DNA of 64,000 nucleotides from Eledone cirrhosa (Eukaryota): NCBI GenBank assembly GCA_964016885.1, contig OZ024745.1, positions 65,782,001 to 65,846,000 of the forward strand, read 5' to 3'. Shown piece by piece: positions 1 to 14,067 of this stretch (position 1 is its first letter; each line of letters starts with the position of its first letter). The notes under the pieces were generated by a model. It saw only the letters and a program-made list of their open reading frames with translations, ran no database searches and was not told where the DNA came from. The position numbers and the translations under genes were made by a program.

Positions 1-1100
<1,100 letters not shown>

Positions 1101-3351
1101 AAGCGTCTTTATTTGATTTTCTCAGTCAGAATATTTGTTAGTATTCAGTCTCTTTCATATAGTACTATTCTTTTATTTGGTAGCGGTCTCATAGCACATT
1201 CTGAGAAATGTGCTGCGATTATCAAACTTCCTACCTCATTGCCTTCTAGTAAATTAGTATTATATTATGTCTTGTATTGCATAAAATTATGATTATATCA
1301 CGTACTGCTTGGCTAAGCACGAACTTTCTTATTTACAAAGTAGAAGATTGCGAATTTAATATTCTCATTAAATTTGCCAACAGGATTATGAAGTAAACAC
1401 GGTTTATTTTCTTTTGGCTATTTATACATAATTATGCACTGATTGCTTTTGAATAAATGACAACTAACTCACTGTATTTTGAAAATGTTCATCCAAAAAT
1501 GTTCAGGTTACCAAAGTTGATTTTTTATTGTATTTCGGTTTATAGCTCTATCCAATAGTAGATTCAACTACAGTTATAAAGTGGAATGAAGATAATAGAA
1601 TATATATAAGGACCAGAAATATCCATTCTTCTAGCCTGTCAACTTGACACTCTATCAAATGCTTGGTGAGTACATTTTCTGTGGTTATTGTGGAGATATA
1701 TTTCCTGTATAGTTCTGAAATTTAACTGTTATATTTAACTAATTTTAATTAGTATTTTTCTGACGATTTACGTTGGTTATAATGATGAACGTAAGTCACG
1801 ACTCGTGACTCACGAGGATATTAATACTTGATTTGTATTACATTGTTCCATTATTATCTCGTTTTATTTCATATTAGAAATCCATTTACAGTTGAGAGTC
1901 GAATCATAATAATATTCAATTTCTGCAGTTTAGAAAATAAAACAAAGTGGAAAGGAAACGGTCCCCCACAGATACCCGCTCTCTTAGCATGGATTTAATG
2001 TTTCGTTTCGAAAACAATTAAAAGTTGATGTAAAATATACAAACAGGAAAGGAAGTAAAGTGAACCAAACAGACGAACAAAAATTTTATTTTCTTCATAG
2101 TTGTATATATACAGAGTATTTGCCTTTAGCAACCAAATGTTCTCTATCAGTAAAGACACATTACCCTCTAGGGTAAATACTCTAATAAATACTAAATAAA
2201 AATTTACGAACATACATCGAATAATAGTAAACAAATAAAATCACACCCTGTGCTGATTTGCAGATATAATATGTATCTTCTATTTTCATATAAAATGTTA
2301 ACAAAACTAAACAAATAAAAATGTCATGATTTTAAATTCAACATTATGGTTTGTAAGCAACAATTGCAAAACATTAAGTTGAAATTAAATTAATGTACAC
2401 GAAAACATGTATATCCGTTCATGGAATACGTGTTCTTTTAAATAACATATCAACATTAAATCGCAAAATGTTATGTTATTATCGTAAAGTGCAATTAAAT
2501 TAAAAACTGTTGGCCACCTATCAATTTTCTACATAGTACATGAAGCCAAATATAATTCTTAGCAGTGTAAGGTTAGACAATCCATGTCATTCTTAAAGTA
2601 TTATGATTACAGAACGTATGTTTAATCAGATATCAAACTAATAATTCTAACAGCGATCGACATGAGCTTAACTCCAGCTCGTACAATGGTGTATTACTAA
2701 TACAATATCAACACAAAGAATGAAAAATACCGAGTTATCTAGTAATGTTTTTCCAGTGACATCTATAAAGGGGCGGGGGGGGGGGGGGTCACCAGATTTC
2801 TACTTGTTTGGATGCGATGTAATTCAAACATTCTTGAAAAATTTGGGACATCATTTTTCTGGATTGAATCTGAAATAGAAAATTCATCTTTATTAGATAT
2901 TTTAAAAACTATTTTATGTATGGAATTTCAATTGAAACAGATAATTAATGCAGAAAAGCGTTTCTGATTCTATTACTTTCAAAGATGGTCGTCAAGCTGT
3001 CTATATATTTAAATGAGAGATGAAGAAACAAGAACGTGTCAATATATTCGGTGGCAGATTTGTCTATATTTGAGTGGAAGAAAAACGGGAAATTTATTGG
3101 AAATAACTGATGTGTGTTATGTTATTTCTCTTTGAGGGATTGAAATGAATCAATAAATATTAAATAAGTTTAGAGTAAAGAATAAAACTAATGGTGTTTT
3201 ATTTCACACAGGTAAACGACAACATAATTGAAATACGTAATACTCTTTCGTTGACCTGTCCAACTCCCTAAGAGAGGTTTTCCGTAGTATTCCATTCCTA
3301 ACACGTGAATGGAAGTAGTTGGTATTTATTATCATCATTATTATTATTATT

Positions 3352-4202
3352 GGTAGGGTGTGGATTGGCAGTATCGGTAGAGGGTCGGACGCCATGCTTT
3401 GTAGTATAAAGTTACGGCTCTTTATGATCTGGGCTCAAATCCCGCCGAGGTTAACTTTGCCTTTCATCCTTATGGGGTCGATAAAATAAAGTACCAGTCA
3501 CGCACTGGGGTCAATTTAATCGACTTTCCCCTCCCCCCAAATTACTGGCCTTGTGCCTATATAAGAACCCATTATTATTATTTGGTAGGGTGTGGATTGG
3601 CAGTATCGGTAGAGGGTCGCACGCCATGCTTTGACGCAAAGAGTTACGGTCCTTTCCAGTCTGAGTTCAAATCTCGCCTAGGTTAACTTTGCCTTTCATC
3701 CTTACGGGGTCGATAAAATAAAGTACCAGTAATACACTGGGTAATTGCTGGCCTTGTGCATCCAAACAATTATTATTATTGGTAGGGTGGTGGATTGACA
3801 GAATCCGTAGAGCGTCGGACACTATGCTTTGTGACATAGATATGTCCCTTTACGTTCCGAGTTCAAATCCCGCTGAGGTTAGCTTTTCATCTCTACGGGG
3901 TCGCTAAATTAAAGCACCAATAATGCACTGGGATCGATTTAATCGACTTTCCCATCCCTCCAAAATTACTGGCCTATAGTAGAAATCATTATTATTATCA
4001 TTATTGGGCGGTGAATTGGCAGTATCGGTAGAGGGTCGGACGCCACGCTTTGACGCATAGAGTTACGGCCTTTGCTATTCTGAGTTCAAATCCCGCCGAG
4101 GTTAACTTTGCCTTTCATCCTTACGGGGTCAATAAAATAAAGTACCAGTAATGTACTGGATAATTGCTGGCCTTGTGCCAAAAGTAGAAACAATTATTAT
4201 TG
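3352..4202 (+). mobile_element. Head-to-tail array of 4 tRNA-derived SINE copies (~200-230 bp each)
   Basis: Units start near 3352, 3584, 3781 and 4005; each has A-box-like TGGCAGTATCGG, B-box GAGTTCAAATCC, body CTTTGCCTTTCATCCTTACGGGGTCGATAAAATAAAGTACCAG and an (ATT)n tail. Confidence 0.9.
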
Positions 4203-4646
4203 GTGACTGAATTGTGAAGACGTTTTATTGTGAGCTCTATTAGGTTTGTGGTTTTAAGTTGTTGAAATTGTTATTTGTTGAAATATGTTTGTTGTAAGCT
4301 GTAGGCAGAGCGTCATACATTATCCTCAGAGACGTTGAAACCATAATATTTTGACTTTTCGCCAAATATTTGAACTTTAGTTTAACCAATTCCACGTTGA
4401 CTGGCGTTTAAAAAATGGTGATGACACGCCCCTCCTCTCAAGCCAGCTCTCACCTGACAGGAATTCAAGTGCTAGTAAAAATGTTGAAATAACGTCATTC
4501 ACCACCACCAATAATGATAACAACAACGTCACCACTATCACCACCAACACTATAGAACAACAGTAGCATCACTGCCAACTTCGGTAGCATTGTTGACACC
4601 AAGACCAATGGCAGTCGAGTCAAGCACTGCAACAGCAGCAGCACCA

Positions 4647-4840
4647 AATAATAATTGTTTCTACTTTAGGCACAAGGCCAGCAATTACCCAGTGCATTAC
4701 TGGTACTTTATTTTATCCACCCCGTAAGGATGAAAGGCAAAGTCAACCTCGGCGGGATTTGAACTCAGATCGTAAAGGGACGTAACTATGCTGGAAAGCA
4801 TGGTGTCCGACCCTCTACCGATACTGCCAATCCACCGCCA
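4647..4840 (-). mobile_element. tRNA-derived SINE, same family
   Basis: Reverse complement of the array unit (GGATTTGAACTC, CCGATACTGCCA). Confidence 0.9.
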
Positions 4841-4879
4841 TCCAGCACCAAATAATAATAATAACAATAATTGTCTCTA

Positions 4880-5900
4880 TATATAGATGTAAAAACCATA
4901 AGTGAGGTTAGAATTCCCGAGGCCAATGCACTCACACCTTTCTTAATTGATCTGGCAGTGTTGTTTCCAAAAGTACTGGATCGCAAAATACGGTCCATCT
5001 TTCTGCACCTGACCGATGTGTGGCTGTTCCTGGACGTGAGCATCAGTGAGGGCAGTATCTTCAAACTGGTGGATGTCTATTCAGTGAAAAGAGCAGAGTG
5101 ATGAACTTTTTCAGACGTCAAGAAATATTCTTAGCAACTCACTCTTTGATACTAGTGGGTAACTGGAACAGCATCATAGACATACGTTGGGAATCGGAAC
5201 AGGGGCTATCAGATAGAAAGGAGGGTGGAAAGTCATACGATATTTGCTAAGATGCTTCTAACTCTCGGATAGATACGACTGGATATATTAGTGTGACCTT
5301 AATGCACCGCATCGCCTCATAAAACGTTGTATCTATATAGCGTAATTTTTACGCCCATAAACACTTTCAGCTGTTTGATTACACAGGCCACAAAGGGATG
5401 GTTTGCTGGGTGGTTTTAAAAAGAAACAATAGATGCAGTTACTGGAAGTCGAACGCATCTGTTATGTTGCCAAGAATTCACAACCCTCTACCAACTGGGC
5501 AATGTTATCAGTGGAACTTCTAGGTTGGAATTTTATAGAGGAATTGTGTCGCGGAAAAGTTATGACGCTTTTGAAAGAAAAATATGAGTGTCAGCGAAGA
5601 TCAACTGATTGATCTGTTCCGAAAAAGAACCTTGTTCCTGGAGACCATAGATACATTCCAGAAATCTCTGACCTGGTAGTACTACCGGGCTATAGAGCAG
5701 GTACAGGAAATACTGTTCCAGGTGCACTTGGGATGACGATGTTGCTCTGCATTTACTTGTCCACTGTTCGTGGATTGCTGGTTGGTGAAATTTTATTTGT
5801 TCGTAAAGCTGATCTGACGATAGAACGAGCTCATTGGACTACCTTATTTGTACAGGAAGGCCGGGAAGCTTTCTTCTCTCGCGGCGCTTCGGCGAAATAG
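4880..5900 (-). pseudogene. Possible highly degenerate Gypsy-like pol relic
   Basis: Higher GC, coding-like; weak resemblance of GTRFFFGTDQSV to an aspartic protease motif and of SALASGILTSLMV to the RT-start SPWASPLHMV; many stops. Confidence 0.2.
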
Positions 5901-6923
5901 CTTGAGTGGTCTGAGAAACTAAAACTACCAAAGACATGTAAATGAATTGCTCCGCCCATAAATCAAATCTGGTTTCTACTGCATTTGTAATTATTTGTTC
6001 AGAATATCAGCAAGTGTCTATCATCTTAATAAATATAGTACATTGTTTATGGGCCATATGTTTTCTTTACAACCGCACATTAATGGGGCTCCTTTGCAGT
6101 TCTGCTACCAGATAAACATATCAGTAAATGGCCTACACCCTCTCATCTATATAATGGTCTTAACTCTGTTTAAACAGCCAACTATAATTGGTAATATACC
6201 CTAGGTTCGGATATTCTACGTCTGGTGGGCATAGAATGAATATTGTTTAATATTTGTCGAGAATTTGATGTTAACTGAAACATTTACTTGGTATTTCAAA
6301 CTGGAATATATTTCCTAAGTTTTAATATTGGATTTTGTAAGAAATCACGATCAAATACTTCAGATTCATTATCTACATACTTAGGAAAAAAGGAAAACTC
6401 TTTGTAACCAAGCAACACCTACGTGCAGATATCTTCTTAGTAACAATATTTGGTACTTCATTTGCTAAACCATAGATTTTCTCTTTCATCGCAATCTTTA
6501 ATATGATAATGTAACAATCATAATAATTATCATTATGTGCATGTTCTCCTTCCGTAGGCCAGATTGTCAATTTTATCATGAGTATGTTCATGTTCTTTCC
6601 TTTATAATATGCGTCTTCGCTTTACTATACAAAGTATGAATTACAGAGTGTTTATTTTAAATATCTGTGAATAAAGTAAACATTAAAATCAATAATTCTT
6701 TGTTTCCATCAACGCGTATCTCACATGATTTTCAACTTGCAATATATACAACAGCCTATAAACAATTTTTACGTATCCAATATGGTGTTATAAAAACATA
6801 ACGAATAGGGTTATTTATACAATTATTCAAATCTCAAGGGACTTAGTACATTTTAGTAATTTAAATATGCATCCAGTTGATGAAAACAATATTTCAAGTT
6901 AGATCCGGTGATTATGAAAACAC

Positions 6924-7112
6924 ATGATGATCAAGTTTGCTGTCACAATTTCTGTTCTCCTTGCAATCCGTACATGTATTTGAGGGATATATACAAACAA
7001 TCTTCATGAAAGAATATTCAAGGCATGAATATAATCTATGTAGAGGAATGAGATTATGTAACATGCTATGCAGAAGACTATAGAATTAACTGCAATTATT
7101 GTTTGTCACATG
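6924..7112 (+). pseudogene. Possible degenerate secreted Cys-rich peptide gene, truncated by a SINE
   Basis: MMIKFAVTISVLLAIRTCI* (signal-like), then frameshifted YNLCRGMRLCNMLCRRL and NCNYCLS; SINE starts at 7113. Confidence 0.35.
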
Positions 7113-7312
7113 GAGGGTGGTGGATTGGCAGTATAGGTAGAGCGTCCGACAACATGCTTTACCTTCTGAGTTCAAATCTCGCTGAGGTTAGCTTTCCCTT
7201 CCATTCTTATGGAGTCGACAAAATAAGGTACCAGTAGCGCATTGGGGTTGATTTAATCGACTCTACCCTTTCCTGATATTGTTTACCTTGTGTCTAAATC
7301 AGAAACCATTAT
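7113..7312 (+). mobile_element. tRNA-derived SINE, diverged copy
   Basis: GGATTGGCAGTATAGGTAGAG...GAGTTCAAATCTC...GGAGTCGACAAAATAAGGTACCAG. Confidence 0.85.
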
Positions 7313-7431
7313 TTGTCAGAAGAAATGTCTATTATGTTTTATTAGCTTATCAGTGATTTAATTCTGTGCCACCAAAATAGAAAATAACCTCAAAATATCA
7401 ACATATCCTTTATAACGTTGCATTAATTTAT

Positions 7432-7618
7432 AAGGTGGATTAGCAGTATCGTTAGAGGGTCGGACGCCATGCTTTCCAGCATAGTTACGTCCCTTTACGA
7501 TCTGAGTTCAAATCCCGCCGAGGTTGACTTTGCTTTTCATCCTTACGGGGTCGATAAAATAAAGTACCAGTAATGTACTGGGTTATTGTTGGCCTTGTGC
7601 CTAAAGTAGAAACAATTA
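7432..7618 (+). mobile_element. tRNA-derived SINE
   Basis: Near-identical to the 37972-38160 copy. Confidence 0.9.
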
Positions 7619-7907
7619 ATTTATATAATATCATTTTTATCTTTGCAGCAACTAAAACGAAAATCATTCTTAAAGATTGAATCATTTAAGTTGCTTTTTT
7701 AATTCAACATATTGACAGGAATAACTATAAAGGTTATATGGCATTTAAATTTCTTTTAAGTTATTCATTACAATTAAATCTTCTACAATAAATGAAGCAG
7801 AAGGAAAGAGAAATGTCAAAATTGACAAAATAGAAGTCAAGTATAATAAAATAATACTTTTAAATGATATATATATATCGTATATATATATATATATATA
7901 TATATAA

Positions 7908-8483
7908 GTATGTATACGTACATACATATATGTATACAGACGTACAGTAGTATGTATATATATATACATACATGCACACATATATATATATATATGTACG
8001 TATGGATTCACCGAACATTTATTATAATGCTCGGTGTGTTTGTAAACAAACATCCCGAATTAAGCCGTACAGTGTCTAGCAACCATTGTTGCTCATTTGT
8101 TCAACACTGACAAAGGAACGCTGTACTAGTTTCAAACTTATTAGCTATCGTCAGCAACGTATACTTTCCTGCCAGATGATTGATACTTTCCTTATGCATA
8201 TTAACTTATGTCTGAAAGTATATACTTTCCTTATGTATCGTTGCTGACAATAGCTAATAAGCTTGAAACTAGTACAGCGTTCCTTTGTCAGTGTTGAACA
8301 AATGAGCAACGATGGTTGCTAGACACTGTACAACTTAATTCGGGATGTTTGTTTACAAAGACACCGAGCATTATAATAAATGTTCGCTGAATCCATACGT
8401 ACATATATATATGTGTGCATGTATGTGTATATATATATATACATACTACTGTACGTCTGTATACATATATGTATGTACGTATA
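7908..8483. repeat. Long inverted repeat (~250 bp arms) with an HHR in each arm; PLE-type terminal repeat
   Basis: About 7908-8160 is the reverse complement of about 8238-8483; flanked by TA runs. Confidence 0.88.
8118..8160 (-). ncRNA. Minimal type I hammerhead ribozyme
   Basis: Minus strand reads cgttg CTGACGA tagctaataagttt GAAA ctag TA cagcg: stem I cgttg/cagcg, canonical core, palindromic stem III CTAG; plus-strand mirror at 8239-8280 has CTGACAA. Confidence 0.75.
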
Positions 8484-8648
8484 AATACTTATATTTAAGT
8501 AACAGCCGTACTAAGAGTGAGAAATGAAATTTCGTTTCATTTTTTCCGTGTATATATATATATAATATATATATAATATATATAATATATATAATATATA
8601 TATAATATATATATAATATATATAATATATATAATATATATATATAAT

Positions 8649-8679
<31 letters not shown>

Positions 8680-8695
8680 ATGTGTGAGTGTTTGA

Positions 8696-8759
<64 letters not shown>

Positions 8760-9370
8760 ACATTTATCTGTATGTATGTGTGTATCGTCTTTTATTTCGT
8801 ATTCAGAGTGTTCATAAGGAAACCTACCATTGTATGACTAATATTTCTGGCGACAAAAACTGCCACACAAAATGTGACAGTCACTTTCTTTCTAATTTCC
8901 TGTCTAGAATTACCATCAGGTTTCTTAAAAAAGACATTTTCGTAGGCGTTCTTTTTATGACAGTCTAACTGAATACCAATCACTGTAGAAGAGAAAATGT
9001 ATAACGAAAAATGAATAAATGTTTCTCGGAATATTAAGCTGCTGTTTATAGCAATTCAAATCAATGAACACCCAACAATTATAACGCCATAAATGTTCTA
9101 GTTGTGACAGGCCGGTTTGTTAATTCTATAATAAATATAGAAAAATATTTAAATAAAATATAATGAAGAAATTATTCAATTTTTTTTCTGAAATAGTAAA
9201 ATATAAAATGAAGATATTTTAAATATAATGGATGCGTACTGGCCCGATGCCTTGTGGCAATTAGAAATACACACGCACACTTACACATATGCATAATTAC
9301 AAATATATATATATATATATGCATGTGTTTCTGTGAGTGTAATGTGTGGATATGCGTTTAGGTGTGTGTG

Positions 9371-9436
<66 letters not shown>

Positions 9437-10316
9437 TGCGTGTGTGTGTGTTTATTGGATATGTGACTATCAGCTGCGTGATCTCATTTTTATTTTATTA
9501 GATACAAATTATTAATTATCATACAACTAAACAGGTCGACATTTTCTGTCGAGGAAATAATTGAACTTTAGGTAAACATTTAATATTAGTTAATTTGAAT
9601 TGCAAAATATAGAAATGTATTAATGAAGATCTGTCTTACAAATTAACCTAACAAATAAATTGTTAAACTTGAAGTGAAAAGCATAACCTTTTTTCCCTGC
9701 ATCTTCATCATGTTTGTCAAGGTGATATTTCATTACGTCACTGAGCGAGTAAATCTGGAGACGATTCATTCTGATGCGTTCGTTTGATTGGCAATGCATT
9801 CTCCGACCAATCATTTCTGAAATGTAAACATATTTTTATTTTATGAATGAAATTACTCTAATTTTCTAAAAGAAAAGTTTACGCATATTATTGACCAATA
9901 TCTGTAATTAATATGCATTGAAATAAATTTAAATATGTTCTTATTGACAAAATTTAAAACGAGAAGCTAGAAACTGCAGGATTAAAATCTGGAACAAAAC
10001 ATCATCCCTTACATAATTGCTGATCTCAAATCACGGAAAATGTGATCCTACAGTGATTCCTGAAATATTAATAGTACTAATGAATGAAACTGTGTGAACT
10101 GATGCGTTGTGCTCCTGAGCAACGCACATCTTTTCAAATTGTTCCATTTTAATCACCTCAAATTTAGTCTGAGCATCTGCTAGGGTTAACTGTCGTCTCT
10201 TCTCTATATTCTGAATAATGATGTGTGAAACTATCTTAAGCTCCGGCTTGTCTAACCCATACTAGCATAGAAGGACAGCAGACATTAAAGACACAGGAAT
10301 GTATACACACACACAC

Positions 10317-10321
<5 letters not shown>

Positions 10322-10394
<73 letters not shown>
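10322..10394. repeat. (AG)n microsatellite
   Basis: Directly visible. Confidence 0.97.
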
Positions 10395-10399
<5 letters not shown>

Positions 10400-11292
10400 A
10401 ACTTTAAACAAATGGAAAATAATAACACGGAAATTCTGCTCATAAGCTCTTGCACAAGGTATTTGTCCAGTTACTCATATTTCTGGACAGGACTGACCAG
10501 AAAAATCCCAGTAGAAAGAAGATGGTCACACTTGTATGACCTGAGACTGAAGTAAAGGAAAACGAATTCAGTAAAAGGGCGAGAAACGAGTGAGAGAAAA
10601 GGAGGAAGGTCGTGGATAAACAGTAACTAATCAGAAAAATATTTTGAAGAAGAATACACCACTGTCAATAAATTAAAGTGGGGGTCGAACACAGTGAGGT
10701 ATGCAGAAATAATCAAGGTAAATAATGCAGAAGTTCTGCTCATCACCTGTTCCCCACTGCAAAATAGAGTTTCGCATTTTTTTTTTCGCATGTTTATATA
10801 TTACTTTATCACTGTCGAAGGTGCAGCGCTTAGGAAATAGAATAACGAACATATAATGTTGTACTAATTCTAAAGGGCTAAGTACGGAAACAGTCGACAT
10901 AATGTTTCACTGCCATGAAACGGGTTTGAATCGAGACTAAACACTAACAATGCGCAGCATATTCACTGTGCTTCATATTCATATTCAATGTGCTTCATAT
11001 TCACATGACCAACTTATTTAATCCGTTTTTTTTCTTTTCGTTGGTCGACTGGCTATATTTACCCGAAAGATATAATAGAAGATTGTATTTTAAGACTCTT
11101 TTATACTTTACGTCCATTTCAATTGGAAGTATTTATTTACTGAATACACTTGGAAATATTTCATTACTTGATATCATACATATTTAATATCATTGGTTTC
11201 TCTTAAATCTGTGGCGAAAGGTCAGCGTACGATTTAAAAGCTATTGTCATATATAAATGTGTGTGTGTGCGTGTATCTGTATAAGTGTATAT

Positions 11293-11448
11293 GGGCACAC
11301 TGGAAGAGGAAGACCGAGGTTAACATATGTTGATGCCCTAAGGAGAGACACTGGTATGTTGGAGACGCAGGACATGACAGTGATAATGAGGGACAGAGAC
11401 CGCTGGAGAGAACTCGTCCATGGATCTCGGGAATTTTACCCGCCCTAG
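11293..11448 (+). mobile_element. RTE-clade LINE 3' end fragment
   Basis: Encodes GRGRPRLTYVDALRRDTG...RDRWR; near-identical to the reverse complement of 60443-60598. Confidence 0.85.
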
Positions 11449-12544
11449 ATATATATATATATATTGATAGATAGATATATATAGATAGATATATTGATCA
11501 GTGTTTGTGAAACTTTCTCAGAGGCTGAGCGTTTTATAATCAGTGTTTCATTTGTCAATAATTTTGGCTCTGTTTATCGTTGGAACTATATGTTCCCGTG
11601 ACAATCTAAATTGTTGATTATAAATACACAATATATTACTGCACTCTCCGGTGGAAGGTGTTATAGTTTCAGCACATCAGAGAGATTATGCTCCCTTGGA
11701 GTGTGTTTATTATATAGAGATGAACAGGTATTTGTAGAATAGAAGTTGATAATCTGCAATTGAGAATTGGTGAGATGGTTTTGATAATGACAATAGTACA
11801 ATCAGTGCAGTATGTTTTGTTCAATTTATTCTTTAGAACCTGATTCAAATATTTATTTAAGATCTGACTTAAACTAATTACTATCAACAATTTTATCAGT
11901 GTTGAAGACAGGGGAAATTATCTCTCAGACGTCATTATTTGTGTCATTATCCTGATATTATCCTATTCGTGGTCGCCATGTTGTCTGGGGGGGGGGGGTG
12001 CATTTCTGCGTTTTGACAATATATAATGCGTTTATAGTTGTAAGCTATAAGCGAGTGTTTTATTTTAAAATAAATTATTTTATTAGAGGAAGGGGTGGAC
12101 ATTTATCATGGTGATTCTATATAGGAGTCATACATGTTAAGAGTTACTTCTGTAATCCTACATGTTGCTTTTGTGCGGTTTTATTATAATTGTTGTGCGT
12201 GAGGAGTTAGTCATTTCGAATTGTATAGATTACTGTATCAGGGTCCCTAGAAGACATTATACGTCACTTTCTACGCTTTTCTTACTTTTATATGTATCGA
12301 TTTTACTATATCAAAGTGGCGATTTATCTAGTATTCTGGATAAATAAAGTGTTATCCATACATATTTGCAGCGTCATGAACGTGCATGTTATACAAGGAA
12401 GTATATTGCTCTTATTGCGTTTAATATATTGATCGTATAGATTGATGGTCTGTACATGCTGAGGTATATAGCTAATGTCAAAAGGTGTAATTCATTGGGT
12501 TATAGGCAATATATATATATATACATACATACATATATACATAT

Positions 12545-12616
<72 letters not shown>

Positions 12617-12624
12617 GGGGGGAG

Positions 12625-12765
12625 AAACTGAGTAGAATCGAAGTCAGTGTTGCAGCATATGTACAAGCTTTATTGGAATAATACAATTGTTTCGCTATCG
12701 ATCAACTAAGGGTACAATCAAAATAATGAGGTGCGACTCTTCTTCGTCATCTCCTCATATATGCG
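12625..12765 (-). repeat. PLE-type terminal fragment with degenerate HHR (family of 41340-41625)
   Basis: Minus strand: gcatat ATGAGGA gatgacg...cgatagc GAAA caattg TA ttattcc. Confidence 0.6.
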
Positions 12766-12849
12766 TGTTTATATGTGCAAGGACATATCTAAACTGTTGA
12801 CCGTTTCCAGGATCCTTTTAGATACGTGTGGGTTTATATTTGTGTGTGT

Positions 12850-12899
<50 letters not shown>

Positions 12900-14067
12900 A
12901 AATGTATGTATGTATTTATGTATTTATGTATCTATGCACGTATGTGTATGCGTGCGTTCGTGTGTGCGTACGTGGGTACATGCATTTGTAAGGGCATGTG
13001 CGACTGAATGTATGATTGTATCAGATTTTTATTGAACTAAAATTACGTCATTTGATTGATGGGCTTTGGAAATTTAATTTACGTTTTGTCTTTCTGTCAG
13101 ATTAAAGGAAAACGAAAACGGTTATTATTCTCAACTATCCAATTAATTATAAAGAGTAACAATTGTTTCAATTGACATGAACTGGTGATCACATGCATTA
13201 TATATTCTAGGTGGGATCATGTGCTAGGATTAATTGCAATCTTAATTAGACTATACAGAGAAATATAGCAAACCGAGACTGGAATATTTAAATTGGCAAC
13301 TTGGTTCTTCCGTCGAAATAATGCATGGAATGCATGATAAAATTCTGAAGAAGAGTTTGAAGACATTGATATTTGAAATGCTACATGTTACCAATTGGAA
13401 AACCTAAAGATTTAATTACAAAGAAATCAAACACACACACATATATATAGTTACAATAGGTACTTAAGTTTCGTTGGGTTATACACCCTTACACCCTTAC
13501 TAATTCAGCCTGTTATATAAACTAAAAATGGCTACCTCCACATACATAACATTTTTTCAAGGACAGGTAATTTCAAATTTAACTATAAAAAAATTCAGAT
13601 AACGTAAAAGGAATTAACTAATTTAATTTAAAGATGTAAATTACAAACAATTTGGTGTGTTAACCGGCTTATCAATGCATACAGTGAGTTTATTTGCCCT
13701 AGGTGTCAGGAAGACACTCGGCATATAACGGAAACAATACGGAAGACAAAGGAAAAACAACAACAATAATAATATTAATAATAATAATAATAATGATTTC
13801 ATTTATTGGCCACAAGGGCCGACATATAGGGGACAATACAAGAGACCGGGACAGTGGGGTTTTACAGAAATATCGAGTAAACAGTATGAATAAACAAAGT
13901 AACAATAACAAATAACAGTAAAGTAACAATAAAATTACAAGAAAATAAATTCCCCAATAGGGGGGATGACCACCTAGGGTTCGCTCGGGTACCCTACCAG
14001 TCCTGAACGACCCGACGCTTCGAGAGCACCCTGGAAGGGCACCCCTCTCATCTTCAAATTTACCTAC

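Noticed and set aside
3352-4202. CRISPR-like or tRNA gene array
   Set aside because: Units are ~200+ bp SINEs with no unique spacers and no full cloverleaf; eukaryotic context.
5435-5510. tRNA-like A/B boxes on the minus strand
   Set aside because: No convincing cloverleaf; probably a decayed SINE head or pseudo-tRNA.
9620-9814. Possible minus-strand exon (acceptor at ~9817)
   Set aside because: No recognisable protein similarity and no clear donor; insufficient support.
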